From IMG/VR virus record IMGVR_UViG_3300033076_000875, positions 1 to 45,901 of that record: a stretch of DNA of 45,901 bases; one strand, 5' to 3'. Below the pieces are notes generated by a model that had not been told where the DNA came from, did not search any database, and was given only the letters and a program-made list of their open reading frames with translations. Positions 28,221-37,893 of this stretch are shown here, one piece after another; position 1 is the first letter of the stretch, and every line of letters starts with the position of its first letter. Source of the stretch: a virus (taxonomy: Duplodnaviria > Caudoviricetes). Position numbers and translations under genes: made by a program.

Positions 28221-31200
28221 CTACTTGTCGCCGCCCAAGAGCGTGTTGGTGAACTGTTCTGCGAGAGACGAATAGGACGGGTCAAGTGCTTGCCCCGACA
28301 TGGCATCCCGCGATTGCTGCCAAGCCTTCGCCTTGAGGCGTGCTTCCGAAAGCAAGAACTCGTTCACGTCTGCGTGGGTCTGCAACTGAACATACTCCCC
28401 CGTAGAGGCGAGCAGGTACGTCTGTGCGTCCGTCACCTTGCAAGAGCATGGTGACGGGTTGGTGGTCGGAATCTCTATGTCTGCGAGGCGAGCAGGCACG
28501 TTCGCGCTGTACTGCGTGCTCTGCCCGTAACTCTGTGCCTTGGCGATGAGGTTGGTGAACACCGTGGGATCGTCAAGCGTCACACCACCCTCCACGCTGT
28601 CCGCTGCTGCCGTGAGGAGTGCGCCCTGCTGTGTCGAGTCGAGTTCCTTGAACGCAAGGGACAAGTTGCCGCTGTTCTTCGCGAGCGCGAGGTAGAACGA
28701 CTCAATGGCCGTGAGGGTCGTGGTGTCCGTGGAGATGTCCCCAAGGAGTGCCCGCGAGGAGAGTTTCAACCCGTCCACGGTAGTCTCCCGAGAGGAGCGC
28801 ATGATTTGGTCGAACGTGGCAGCGGTCAAACCCCGTCCGTATCGCTGCGCGCCCACGACCTCGTATCCGCGTGCGTCACTCACGGGAAACACGGGGGTGA
28901 ACGTCCGTTGGTTGGCCTGCTTTGCGATGGTGATCTTCACCTCACCCGTGGGGTTGACAGGAGGTGTGTAGGGAAGCCCGAGCAGGGAGGCGTAGTTCTG
29001 CAAGAAGGCGTTACGGCCCTCGTACATTTCGTTGTAGATGGCCGTCATGGCTTCTGCATCGTATCCCACAGTTCCGCTCAACTGCTTGGCGGCTTGCTGC
29101 ATGGCCGTCAGAACAAGGTTGTAGAACAAGGCGGCACCTTGGGCGAGGCTGCTGCACAGCAACCGTGTACCACGCGACTCGGAGGTCGCTTCGGGTGCAT
29201 TCTTCTTTCCCGTGAAGTTGGCCTTCACCGTCTTGTTGAGGTCGAGGGTGGCGTTGTCTGCGGCCTTGACCTTCTGCGTCACGTTGGGCAGGTGTCCGTA
29301 GTACTCAAGGGCAGCACTCACCTGCTCGTAGTAGGTCTTTCCCGCAGACGTGCCCGAGGTGATGGTCGCCGCTTGTAGTGCCGCACGGGGGCGCGTGCGG
29401 GTGCTGTTCTCGTAGAGGTTCTCCGCGATTGCGGCGAGAACCTCTACGTTGATTTCGTCGTAGCGTTCGCGCACCGTCTTGTCGGACATGCCCGAAGTAG
29501 CCCGCAAGAGGTAACTGTTGAGCATGTCCGTGATGGACGCCTGTGAGGGTTGGGACAGGTTTGCCCCAAGGTCGCTACCGTCAGCGGCTCGCACCACGAG
29601 GGAGTCAATGGTCAGCGAGTGCCCTGCAAACGTGACGAAGTGTATCTCGGAGGTCGGCACCGTCATTTCGGGAGTGCTGACCGCAAGTGCGGTGTCCGTC
29701 GTGTACTCCCCCGCCTTCGGCACGTCGAACTGAAGAACCTTGAGGCCAGCCATAGGCCGCAGCGTGCCGTACTTGACGGTGCCCGCAAACTCCACTTCCG
29801 CTATGTCTGCGAAGTCCGCGCTGATGATGTCCGTGCCGTCCTCGGTTTCGTAGATGGGGGTCTGCCCTACGTTACGCCCCACGGCTTGAGCGTCCCCTCC
29901 CCACACAGAAGGAAGGGTCGTGACCCCGCTCGCGGCGACTGCGGCCACCCTCGCACCCTTGCTTCCCCATGTGTCCAATGCCTTGCTGACACCTTGGGAC
30001 GCTGCAATCTGCGAGGGCGTGTTCGTGCCTGCCATCATGGCATCGACAATCGGCTTGTAGTAACCCTGTCGGAGAGTGGACACGGTGGCACTCACGCCGT
30101 CGTCGTAAGTGGCGTAGTTCTTGACGGGGTTCCCCTTGTTGTAGTTGAACGCTGTGGCCCCTGCCTTTCTCCAAGTGGTGTTGAGCGGGTTGTAGAGTGC
30201 CTTTGACCCCCCCGTACCACCCTCTTGTGCGGCCCATGCCGCAAGAAAAGCCCTGTTGTTCGCGGTGTTGGGGACACCGATCCCCGTGAGGACTTTCGTA
30301 TAGTAGGCTTCGGTGTCGTCCCGCGACACGGGCTTGAGAGACGACATATCGCCACCCGTGGCCCGTTCAGCAGACCGCTCGGTTGCAGCGGGTACGGAGG
30401 CGGTGGGAGAAGGGGGCTGAAAGGTGAACCCCGCCACTTCGTAGGGAGCGTCCAAGGGTGCAGGGGTCGCGGCAGTCGGGACGTCCCCCGCAGCGGTGCC
30501 ACCAAGGACGAGGTTCGTGGTGCCTTGATGTTCGGGCGATGGGTGGGAGCACGAGAAGTAGCGATAGGTGCCGACCACGTTGCTTGAAATGCCGAACGCT
30601 GCCTTCGTGTCGTTCATGAGCGCGAGGTAGTTCAGCGTGCTTTGGTCGTTGGAGTTCAGCCCTTGCCGAGCCTTCACGTTCACGAGCAGTTGGGCGAGGG
30701 TCGAGGACAGCCCCTCCTTCACCAAGGTGTCGAGCGTTTTCTTGGGGGCGTTCTTGTCCGTGGAGGCAGTAAGGGCTTGTTGCAGGCTCGCCCATTGGGT
30801 CTGCAACTCGGATCGGGTGATGGTGATGCCCTCGTTATTGGCCGAGCCGATAGTCCACGGGCCGTTGAGCCGCCGCTCCGACTCGGTGGCTCCTTCTGCA
30901 TCGGGGCTTATCTGCATGACCCCGCACGACAGGGCATAGATAAGGATTTGGTCGAGGGGCAGGTTCTCGATGAAGACCATCGACCCCGCGCTCACTTTCG
31001 TCGGGTCAAGGGCCAACACGACATTGGGGAACCCCTGTATGCGGGGAGGGTCGCTCGACGTGTCTGCGAGACTCTGTCCCTCTACCTCGCTCAACCGCAA
31101 GGAGAGCGGCAGCGAGGGGAGGTAGGGGTTGTCGAGGCGAATGTCTCCAATGTTCGGGGCACGGTTGCCGGGAACGATGCCGGGAGCGTTGAACTTCGCC

Positions 31201-32867
31201 CGCTTGCCCACGCCGTTGATGGTCGTGGTGCATTGCCCCCCGAACTGAAACGAGTGGTTCATGGACTGAATGTAGTAAAAGCAGTCGAGGTAGCGGACGT
31301 AGATAGGGTAGCCTGGACGCAGTTCGGGGCGTAGCGGAATGGTGATACTCGCGCTCTTGCACCCGATGTTCACGAGGTCGAGGCGGTTCATGGCGAGCAC
31401 GAACAGCGCACGGGTGTCGCTGATGTAACTGCTCTCAAACTCGGACTCACGCCACCCGAACTGCGCGACGAGGCGGTAGTCCACATAGGTGGAGTTCATG
31501 CCGAGCCACCCGTCCAAACCCACGCCCTTGGTGTTCTGAAAGTGGCTCCCCGTGCCCTTGATGTAGGTCGCTTCCGGCTCGCGCTCGGACTGCGAGATAG
31601 AAATGAGGTCGGAGTCCTCAACGACGTACACGGGGTCGGTCGAGGTGTCCATGTTGTACATGGGCGGCTTGAACACCAAGTCACCCGTCACGTCTTGGTA
31701 GAACTCAAAGCCCGTAATCGTGCGGACGGCGTTCGCTATCTCAAGTTTCGACAGGTACTCCGTCTCAAAGAGGTTCACGTTGCCGAGAACGCCAATGTCC
31801 AAGCAGAACGCTTGCTGCTTGAGGGCGTCCTGCGACGAGGTGTTGCCTCCCGTGCTCGTGGCAAGGGACACCTGCGTAGAGAGGGGGTTGTACCCGAGGT
31901 CGCGGGCAACCTTGCCGATGACCTTGTCCGAGGTGGCGTTGAAGGGGGCGTAGTCATTGCCACCCTTGCCGAGCAACGCCTTGAGTTGGTCGGGGTTCTT
32001 TCCCGAGAAGATGCCGAGGTACGCCTGCGTCCACGCATTGTAGAGGGTGCCGTCCGTACCGTACATTTTCAAGCGCAGGGAGTTCGACGCCCACTTCTTC
32101 TCCCACCACAAAGCCGCTGCCTTGTAGTGGGTCTGACCCGACACCTCGGAGGTCGCGTCCACGTTCGTGTCTTGCGCGAGGTTGTACTCGACAGCCCCCG
32201 CTGCTCCGAATCCAACACGGTAAAGCGTGTAGATGATGGAGTAGGGGGACGCTCCTTGAAACGAGTGACCTTGCAGCACGGGGGCCACGCCCGAGTTGTC
32301 GGGACGAGGCCCGAACACCGCACCGTTCGTGCTGATCTTGAGGTTCTGCCAAAAATGCAGCACGTCCGAGCACGACATGCTCGCGGTATACTCCCCGCCC
32401 GAGTACTCGTGGCTCGCCTCGGTCACGACCCCGTGAAAGACTTGGTAGTACGGGTTGATGGGGATGCCCGTGGGGTCGAACGTGTCGCCCCCCTCCTCCC
32501 CTTCGGTGAGAGGGATGCTATCTTCGGCAGACAGCAGTTCGGTGGTGGCAAACCGCCCCCGCATGTAAATGACAATCTCCAAGCCAGGACGAAGCAGGAA
32601 GTCCCCGTCACGGAAGAAGTACTCTCCCGCAATCGCGGGGATGCTCATGGAAATCGTGGCATTCGCAATAGGCTCGGTGTTCGGGTCTACCGACACCTGT
32701 GTGATGTACTTCTGTAGGTCGATCTTCCCGTTGCAGGACGGGCACCCAGGCAACGTCGTGAACCCGTTCACATACACGAGGCAGTCGGGCACCATGCGGC
32801 TGACAGGACGGCTCACCCCGTCGAACTGTCGCCATGTACCCGCAAAGGGGCGGTCGGTGATGCTCAC
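28221..32867 (-). CDS. Baseplate hub (gp27/gpD-like) with inserted lysozyme-like domain
   Basis: F.G.VT...H.Y, FEFYQD..G.LVFKPP.YN and SITIPLRPELRPG.P.Y......YYI.S..HSF..GG..TT hub motifs; internal AFL.AW...EG...YNPLNTT...VKNY...DGV.AT..TL segment; 1548 aa. Confidence 0.8.
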   Translation of the reverse strand: MSITDRPFAGTWRQFDGVSRPVSRMVPDCLVYVNGFTTLPGCPSCNGKIDLQKYITQVSVDPNTEPIANATISMSIPAIAGEYFFRDGDFLLRPGLEIVIYMRGRFATTELLSAEDSIPLTEGEEGGDTFDPTGIPINPYYQVFHGVVTEASHEYSGGEYTASMSCSDVLHFWQNLKISTNGAVFGPRPDNSGVAPVLQGHSFQGASPYSIIYTLYRVGFGAAGAVEYNLAQDTNVDATSEVSGQTHYKAAALWWEKKWASNSLRLKMYGTDGTLYNAWTQAYLGIFSGKNPDQLKALLGKGGNDYAPFNATSDKVIGKVARDLGYNPLSTQVSLATSTGGNTSSQDALKQQAFCLDIGVLGNVNLFETEYLSKLEIANAVRTITGFEFYQDVTGDLVFKPPMYNMDTSTDPVYVVEDSDLISISQSEREPEATYIKGTGSHFQNTKGVGLDGWLGMNSTYVDYRLVAQFGWRESEFESSYISDTRALFVLAMNRLDLVNIGCKSASITIPLRPELRPGYPIYVRYLDCFYYIQSMNHSFQFGGQCTTTINGVGKRAKFNAPGIVPGNRAPNIGDIRLDNPYLPSLPLSLRLSEVEGQSLADTSSDPPRIQGFPNVVLALDPTKVSAGSMVFIENLPLDQILIYALSCGVMQISPDAEGATESERRLNGPWTIGSANNEGITITRSELQTQWASLQQALTASTDKNAPKKTLDTLVKEGLSSTLAQLLVNVKARQGLNSNDQSTLNYLALMNDTKAAFGISSNVVGTYRYFSCSHPSPEHQGTTNLVLGGTAAGDVPTAATPAPLDAPYEVAGFTFQPPSPTASVPAATERSAERATGGDMSSLKPVSRDDTEAYYTKVLTGIGVPNTANNRAFLAAWAAQEGGTGGSKALYNPLNTTWRKAGATAFNYNKGNPVKNYATYDDGVSATVSTLRQGYYKPIVDAMMAGTNTPSQIAASQGVSKALDTWGSKGARVAAVAASGVTTLPSVWGGDAQAVGRNVGQTPIYETEDGTDIISADFADIAEVEFAGTVKYGTLRPMAGLKVLQFDVPKAGEYTTDTALAVSTPEMTVPTSEIHFVTFAGHSLTIDSLVVRAADGSDLGANLSQPSQASITDMLNSYLLRATSGMSDKTVRERYDEINVEVLAAIAENLYENSTRTRPRAALQAATITSGTSAGKTYYEQVSAALEYYGHLPNVTQKVKAADNATLDLNKTVKANFTGKKNAPEATSESRGTRLLCSSLAQGAALFYNLVLTAMQQAAKQLSGTVGYDAEAMTAIYNEMYEGRNAFLQNYASLLGLPYTPPVNPTGEVKITIAKQANQRTFTPVFPVSDARGYEVVGAQRYGRGLTAATFDQIMRSSRETTVDGLKLSSRALLGDISTDTTTLTAIESFYLALAKNSGNLSLAFKELDSTQQGALLTAAADSVEGGVTLDDPTVFTNLIAKAQSYGQSTQYSANVPARLADIEIPTTNPSPCSCKVTDAQTYLLASTGEYVQLQTHADVNEFLLSEARLKAKAWQQSRDAMSGQALDPSYSSLAEQFTNTLLGGDK

Positions 32868-34045
32868 GGCAAGTCCTCGCTCGGGAACGTGAAGTCAAAG
32901 GGTGTCTGTGCGAACAGGTTGTTGGTGTCGGGGGTCGCGGTTCCCGCGCCGTCACCCCTAAAGATGCCGTTCAGCACGTCGAACGAGCGTGAGTTCGACC
33001 CTGCACGGTTCACCTGCGAAGGGGACTGCGTGGGGGCCGTCTGCGGAAGCACGACCGTCGAGGGCTGTGCCATGTCAACGATAGCCGAACAGGTGAAGGT
33101 GATGTCCCACGTCACGCGGTGCGGGTTCGCCTCGTCGTAGGAGTAGTTGAAGGCGTCGATATGACCTTCGTACACGACTTGGTCGTAGGTGATCTTCACC
33201 GCACCCACGGCGAGGTGGGCCTCCGACCCCCCGAAGGTGTCGTAGGCGTAGCCGTTGCTCCGATAGAAGTGGTACAAGGCCATGAAGTTTTGCCATGCCG
33301 CCGAGTCCCGCTTGGCTGCGAACTGCATCCCCGAAACGGAGTCCGTCTGACCCTGTGACACCAATCGGGACGCCCCTGTAATGAACGCACCTGTGCTGCC
33401 CGAGAACGTCACTTGGGGCTGCTGTTCGCCCCACCGTTGAAAGATAAGCCCGTTTCTACCCCGTGCGCTGTAGGACTGTATCGCCGTGAAGGCGACAGAG
33501 AACTCGGAGGGGTTGATGAGCAAGGTGAGGTCGGGAGCGTCTTCCATGAGTGCGTTCTGCGTGACGAGGTCAAGCGCGTTGCGCGCATCCGTCATGGCAG
33601 GACGACGCTTCACCGTCGAGGACTGCGTGAGGAGACGCCCGTTCGCCACGGCTTGTGCAGCCACCAAGGCCGTGGAGGCGTTGTAGGCTTTTGTCCCCTG
33701 TGCCGAGGTGGCATTGGCTACCGTCGATTCGTTGAAGTCGGCCATGCTCCCGAGAGCCTCGGTGTAGGTGTTGACCGAAGCACCATCGTCGCGGGTAATG
33801 GCAAACTGCGAGAGCGGGGGGACAAAGGAGAGGGTAAAGGGCGACAGGTCGCGTGCAAGGGCCGTAGAGCCGTCTACGGGCGTGCTGCGTTGCCCCTCAA
33901 AAGTGTAGAGGAACCTCGGGCCGACCGCGATACCGTCGTAGCGAGACGCAATAAGGTCGGGGCGCGGGGAGGGCGACATGGACGCCACCACTTGCGACCC
34001 GAAGGCGTAAGCGGCACTTCCTTGAATGGCTTCCTTGATGGACAC
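32864..34045 (-). CDS. Tail-tube-initiator-like protein (gp48/gp54-like)
   Basis: L.INPSEF.V......S...R.G...Q.WG....VTFSG and YEG....FNY..D...P....W.I.F tube-fold motifs; position after tape measure. Confidence 0.6.
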   Translation of the reverse strand: MSIKEAIQGSAAYAFGSQVVASMSPSPRPDLIASRYDGIAVGPRFLYTFEGQRSTPVDGSTALARDLSPFTLSFVPPLSQFAITRDDGASVNTYTEALGSMADFNESTVANATSAQGTKAYNASTALVAAQAVANGRLLTQSSTVKRRPAMTDARNALDLVTQNALMEDAPDLTLLINPSEFSVAFTAIQSYSARGRNGLIFQRWGEQQPQVTFSGSTGAFITGASRLVSQGQTDSVSGMQFAAKRDSAAWQNFMALYHFYRSNGYAYDTFGGSEAHLAVGAVKITYDQVVYEGHIDAFNYSYDEANPHRVTWDITFTCSAIVDMAQPSTVVLPQTAPTQSPSQVNRAGSNSRSFDVLNGIFRGDGAGTATPDTNNLFAQTPFDFTFPSEDLP

Positions 34046-34048
34046 GGT

Positions 34049-34654
34049 TCACGACCCCGCAGAATAGGTGGAAAGAGTGCGCCACACCTGCAACTCCCTC
34101 GCTATGTCCATTTCAGCGGACAGGGTGAACTGATAGGGCTTGTCCGCACTCTCGGTGACGTTGAACGACGAGAACCACCCGAGGAACACCCCTCCGTCGA
34201 AGGTGACCTTGATGATGCCTTGCATGGCGATTTGTTGGTTTTGGTCGTAGATGCTGCCGTTGTTGTGGAACAGGGCGAGAAGGTCGAGGTACGAGTCGTA
34301 GGCGAGTGTCTCGCGCCGCGTCCCGCCGTACTTCGTGCTCGTGATGTTCGACAAGCCCGAGTAGAGCCGCATGAACCCACCCGTCACCATTTGCAGCGAC
34401 AACTGTTGAGTGTCGTCCCCCCAATGCTGCTCCACGAAGCCACCACGGGTCTGTATGCGCTCGACCTTGCGGGTGTGCTTCACCTGCAACTGTGAGGGGT
34501 TGACGTGCAACACCAACTTGACCCCCTCGGGGAGGAGGCTCGTCTCGTAGTCGGGCGCGAGTACGTCGAAGACCACGGGCCGCTTGCCAAGCCCTGCGAA
34601 CTCGTCGTCGGCACCCGCGAAAGCACCACGGAATACGGGGCTTGTGGTGGGCAT
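34049..34654 (-). CDS. Tail-tube-initiator-like protein, paralogue of 32864-34045
   Basis: LHVNPSQL........RIQTRGGFVEQHWGD and F.G.F.SF.V.E...KPY motifs; 201 aa. Confidence 0.65.
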   Translation of the reverse strand: MPTTSPVFRGAFAGADDEFAGLGKRPVVFDVLAPDYETSLLPEGVKLVLHVNPSQLQVKHTRKVERIQTRGGFVEQHWGDDTQQLSLQMVTGGFMRLYSGLSNITSTKYGGTRRETLAYDSYLDLLALFHNNGSIYDQNQQIAMQGIIKVTFDGGVFLGWFSSFNVTESADKPYQFTLSAEMDIARELQVWRTLSTYSAGS

Positions 34655-34676
34655 GGTCTACCGTACCCCCTGCATG

Positions 34677-37600
34677 TTAGGCGAAGCCGTTGTTCGGGGA
34701 GGCGGCAAGGCCCGACTTCTGCAACACGTCCTTCACGACACGCACGATGGTCGCGGTGTCACCGTTGATGTTGATAATGACGGTGCCCGAGCCACCTCCC
34801 GCACCTCCTGCACGGGAGACGGCACCCCCCGCCTTCATGCCGAGCAGTTGGTCAGCGGTGTCGATGGGCGTAATGACGCCCCCGCCCGCCCCGCCTCGGT
34901 AGATAAAGTCGTTGACCTTCGGCTCCTTCGTGATGCCGAGGTTCTGCAAGGCTTGCAGCACGCTTGGCGACGTGGCCTGCGTGAACTCGTCAATGTTGAG
35001 TGCTTCCTTCTTGCCCGTCTTGAGATACTCGGAGACGGCGGCAGCACCCGCGTCCGACACGCCCTCCAACGTCTTCAACGCATCGGTCTTGTTCTCCATT
35101 TCCTTGAGCAGTTTGTCGAGCAGTTGTGCTTGCTCCGTGTCCACCCTGCCGCTCGCATCGAAGTACTGCTTGTCTGCTGCGAGCATACTCTCCAAGGTCG
35201 CCTTGGAAGCATCGTTGGCCTCGGCAGAAAGCCCCGAGTTCGCGACCAATTGGTCGATGCCCGTGGCCTCCCCGCCACCCCAAAGACCTTGGGAGACTTC
35301 CAACATCGAGGGTACTTTCGTGTATGCCTCGTAGGCCGTGAGCGGGTTGAGCGCACCCCCACCCATAAGCATAGTCTTGCCGATGTCCCACAAGTCCGAC
35401 TTGAGTGTGTCGAACGCGCTCTCACGGGACTTCTTCTCCTCCGCGAGAGCCGCAGCCCCGCCACCCGCGCCGACCTTGGCGGCGGCACTCGCAACAGGAG
35501 CCATAGCGGTGGCCCCTGCCACGGTGCCGTAGTGGCCAAGGGCACCCTGCTTGCCCTCCAACCCCGCCCGCTGCAACTCCAACTCCTTGGACTTCTCCTC
35601 GGCCAAACGTAGTTTTTCTGCGTCCGCAGCGTCGAGACGGAACGCCGCCTTACGGGCACGCAGGGTGTCTATCTCCTCGGCGTTCGCTTTTTGCGCTTCC
35701 GCAACCTTGTCGATGGCGGCAATAGACGCCTCTTGCTGCTTGAGGAGGTCGGCGCGGTCGTCGCCCTTCGGCAAGTACGACGCAATGACCTCGACCAACT
35801 TGTAGATTTTCTCCAACGTCCACGCCACGCTGTTCTTCAAGGTAGTGGTGAAGGACTGCGTCTCCTTGAGCAGTTGCTCGGTCATAGTTTCCATCGTGGA
35901 GAACCCGCTACGCACGCCCTCCTCCACCTGCTCGCGGCCAAGCCCTGCGGCAATGGCTTCGGTGTAGTCCATTGCCGCGAACTTCTTCTCCTCGTCGGTG
36001 GCGGTGCCTGCCCGTACTTTTTCCTGTGCTGTGGCGTATTGAGCGCGGAGTTCGCGGTCGAGCCGTTGCTGAATGTCGAACGTCTCCCCACTAAAGCCCG
36101 TGATGCTCTCGTAGGCGGCACGGGTCAAACCCTGCATCGAGGCAATGCCCTTCTTGCCGAGCACCTCACTTGCACCCGCCAACTGCATGGCGAGTTCGCC
36201 CGACTTCGACAGTTGCCCGACTGCGTCAGCCTGTGCAAGCACATCACCAGGCCGCGCCGCACCTCGTGCAAGTTGAACGATGTTCTCCAACTGTCGTGCA
36301 GCAGCAACCCCCTCGGGGCCACCCTCGGCACGCACCTTGGTGACGAGTTTGCCGAAGGTTTCCTCGTTCATCTTCCCGAGTTTGTCCACGTCAACCTTGC
36401 CGCTCTTTACAAGGTCTGCCCCGACCGTGCCTCCGAAGTCTTTGATGGCATTCACGAGTTCGCCCGTCATTTCGGCGGCTTGTGCGCGTGCGTCCGCTCC
36501 GACGATCTTGGACGTGGTGCCCACACCCGTCGTCATGACGGTCTTGATGCGGTCTTGGTAGCCCATGTTCTTGAACTGACCTTCAAGTTTCACCCGCTCC
36601 TTCGCCAAGTCCTCTCCGAGCACCTTCGTCATGGTGAGCATGAGTCCGATGGTGTCTTCCAACCGAATGTTGTGGAGGGCCATGCCCGAGGTGGCCTCAT
36701 TGATCGCGGTGAAGAAGGACTTCACACTCATGCCCGAGCGAGCCGCAGCGTCACCGATCATGCCGAACGCGCCTTGGATTTCCACCAACGTGGTCTTGCC
36801 CAAGTCACGCATGGACTTGTCCATGAACGCCGCTGCGTCACCCGCCTCGATGCCAAGCCCCTTCGCGGCGATGATTGCCGTCTTGGTCACGTCGAAGAAC
36901 GCCCGTTGGTCGGTCGTCGCACCCCGAGCAAGAGAGCGGAACTCCTTGTAGGTGACGCCCGAGGTGTTCAGCGCGTTCGTGAACTTCGCAATCTCCTCGG
37001 TGTCCATGCGGTAGCGCATACCGAGGTCAAGCGTAGCGTCCCTCAAGTCCCCAAGAGACGCCGCCATGTCCCCCGCGCCCGAGGCGAAGAAGTCACCCGC
37101 AGCCGCACCTTCGGTGAGGGCTTGGTTGTACTTCTTCGTTTGGTCGTAGGCCATTTGGAACACGGCTGCGACGGCAGCGAGTGCGCCCACGGTTGCGCCA
37201 AGCCCCGCAATGAAAGGGCCGAGAGAGGTGGCAAGACCCGCAAGTGCCCCACCCTCGGCACCGCCTGCGGCCAAGCCCGCAGACTCCATCATCTTGCCGC
37301 CCTTGGACAGCCCCCCGCCAATGCCGCTGAAAAGCCCTCCCAAGTCCCCGCTCGCTACCTTGCCGAAGGCTCCCGTGAGGGCTTCGCCCATGTCCTTCGC
37401 GAGCGCGGTCTTGTCCACCTTGATCTTCAACCGCACGTCGTCGTAAGCCTTGAGCATCTCCTCTTGGCGGTCTACGAAGTGGTCGTGGGCGCGCTTCTCA
37501 AGGTCGAGTTGCCGCTTCTTGTTGCGGAGGTCGATCTTCGCCTGTTGTATCTGCTTCTTGAGCAGGGCTTCTTGGGCGGTGTTGCCTGCCTTATTGGCAT

Positions 37601-37832
37601 CTTTTTCGTCTTTTTGCAGTTGGAGCAGGGCCTTTGCCCCCGCCTCGATTTCGGATACGAGTTTAGCCGTGTCCTTGCTGAACTTCTCCCCGAACTTCGT
37701 CGCCCCGATCTTCGCGGCCTTCTCAAACGAGTGCGTAAAGGCCGCGCCGAAGTGCTTCTCCAAGGCGTCCATTGACGTTTTGTTGAACGTCATGGATGCA
37801 ACGAAGTCGATTTCCTGCTTGTAAGTCGCCAT
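34677..37832 (-). CDS. Tail tape measure protein
   Basis: 1051 aa, Ala/Gly/Lys/Glu-rich and helical, with a hydrophobic Gly/Ala segment and C-terminal GG..V.ININGD; canonical position. Confidence 0.85.
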   Translation of the reverse strand: MATYKQEIDFVASMTFNKTSMDALEKHFGAAFTHSFEKAAKIGATKFGEKFSKDTAKLVSEIEAGAKALLQLQKDEKDANKAGNTAQEALLKKQIQQAKIDLRNKKRQLDLEKRAHDHFVDRQEEMLKAYDDVRLKIKVDKTALAKDMGEALTGAFGKVASGDLGGLFSGIGGGLSKGGKMMESAGLAAGGAEGGALAGLATSLGPFIAGLGATVGALAAVAAVFQMAYDQTKKYNQALTEGAAAGDFFASGAGDMAASLGDLRDATLDLGMRYRMDTEEIAKFTNALNTSGVTYKEFRSLARGATTDQRAFFDVTKTAIIAAKGLGIEAGDAAAFMDKSMRDLGKTTLVEIQGAFGMIGDAAARSGMSVKSFFTAINEATSGMALHNIRLEDTIGLMLTMTKVLGEDLAKERVKLEGQFKNMGYQDRIKTVMTTGVGTTSKIVGADARAQAAEMTGELVNAIKDFGGTVGADLVKSGKVDVDKLGKMNEETFGKLVTKVRAEGGPEGVAAARQLENIVQLARGAARPGDVLAQADAVGQLSKSGELAMQLAGASEVLGKKGIASMQGLTRAAYESITGFSGETFDIQQRLDRELRAQYATAQEKVRAGTATDEEKKFAAMDYTEAIAAGLGREQVEEGVRSGFSTMETMTEQLLKETQSFTTTLKNSVAWTLEKIYKLVEVIASYLPKGDDRADLLKQQEASIAAIDKVAEAQKANAEEIDTLRARKAAFRLDAADAEKLRLAEEKSKELELQRAGLEGKQGALGHYGTVAGATAMAPVASAAAKVGAGGGAAALAEEKKSRESAFDTLKSDLWDIGKTMLMGGGALNPLTAYEAYTKVPSMLEVSQGLWGGGEATGIDQLVANSGLSAEANDASKATLESMLAADKQYFDASGRVDTEQAQLLDKLLKEMENKTDALKTLEGVSDAGAAAVSEYLKTGKKEALNIDEFTQATSPSVLQALQNLGITKEPKVNDFIYRGGAGGGVITPIDTADQLLGMKAGGAVSRAGGAGGGSGTVIININGDTATIVRVVKDVLQKSGLAASPNNGFA

Positions 37833-37878
37833 GCGTGGCGGGCCTCGGAGGGGTGCGGGTAGGTGCTACACGCGAGGG

Positions 37879-37893
37879 ATAGGGAGGCTATGG
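37879..37893 (-). promoter_or_regulatory. Candidate late promoter motif
   Basis: CCATA-GCCTCC-CTAT upstream of tape measure, followed by GTAGCACCT (also in the tail-tube leader). Confidence 0.3.

Noticed and set aside
6042-37775. Long plus-strand ORFs (e.g. 6042-8771, 12801-14690, 16811-19453, 19619-21775, 35691-37775)
   Set aside because: Antisense shadows of GC3-rich minus-strand genes; Arg/His/Gly-rich low-information translations with no RBS or motifs
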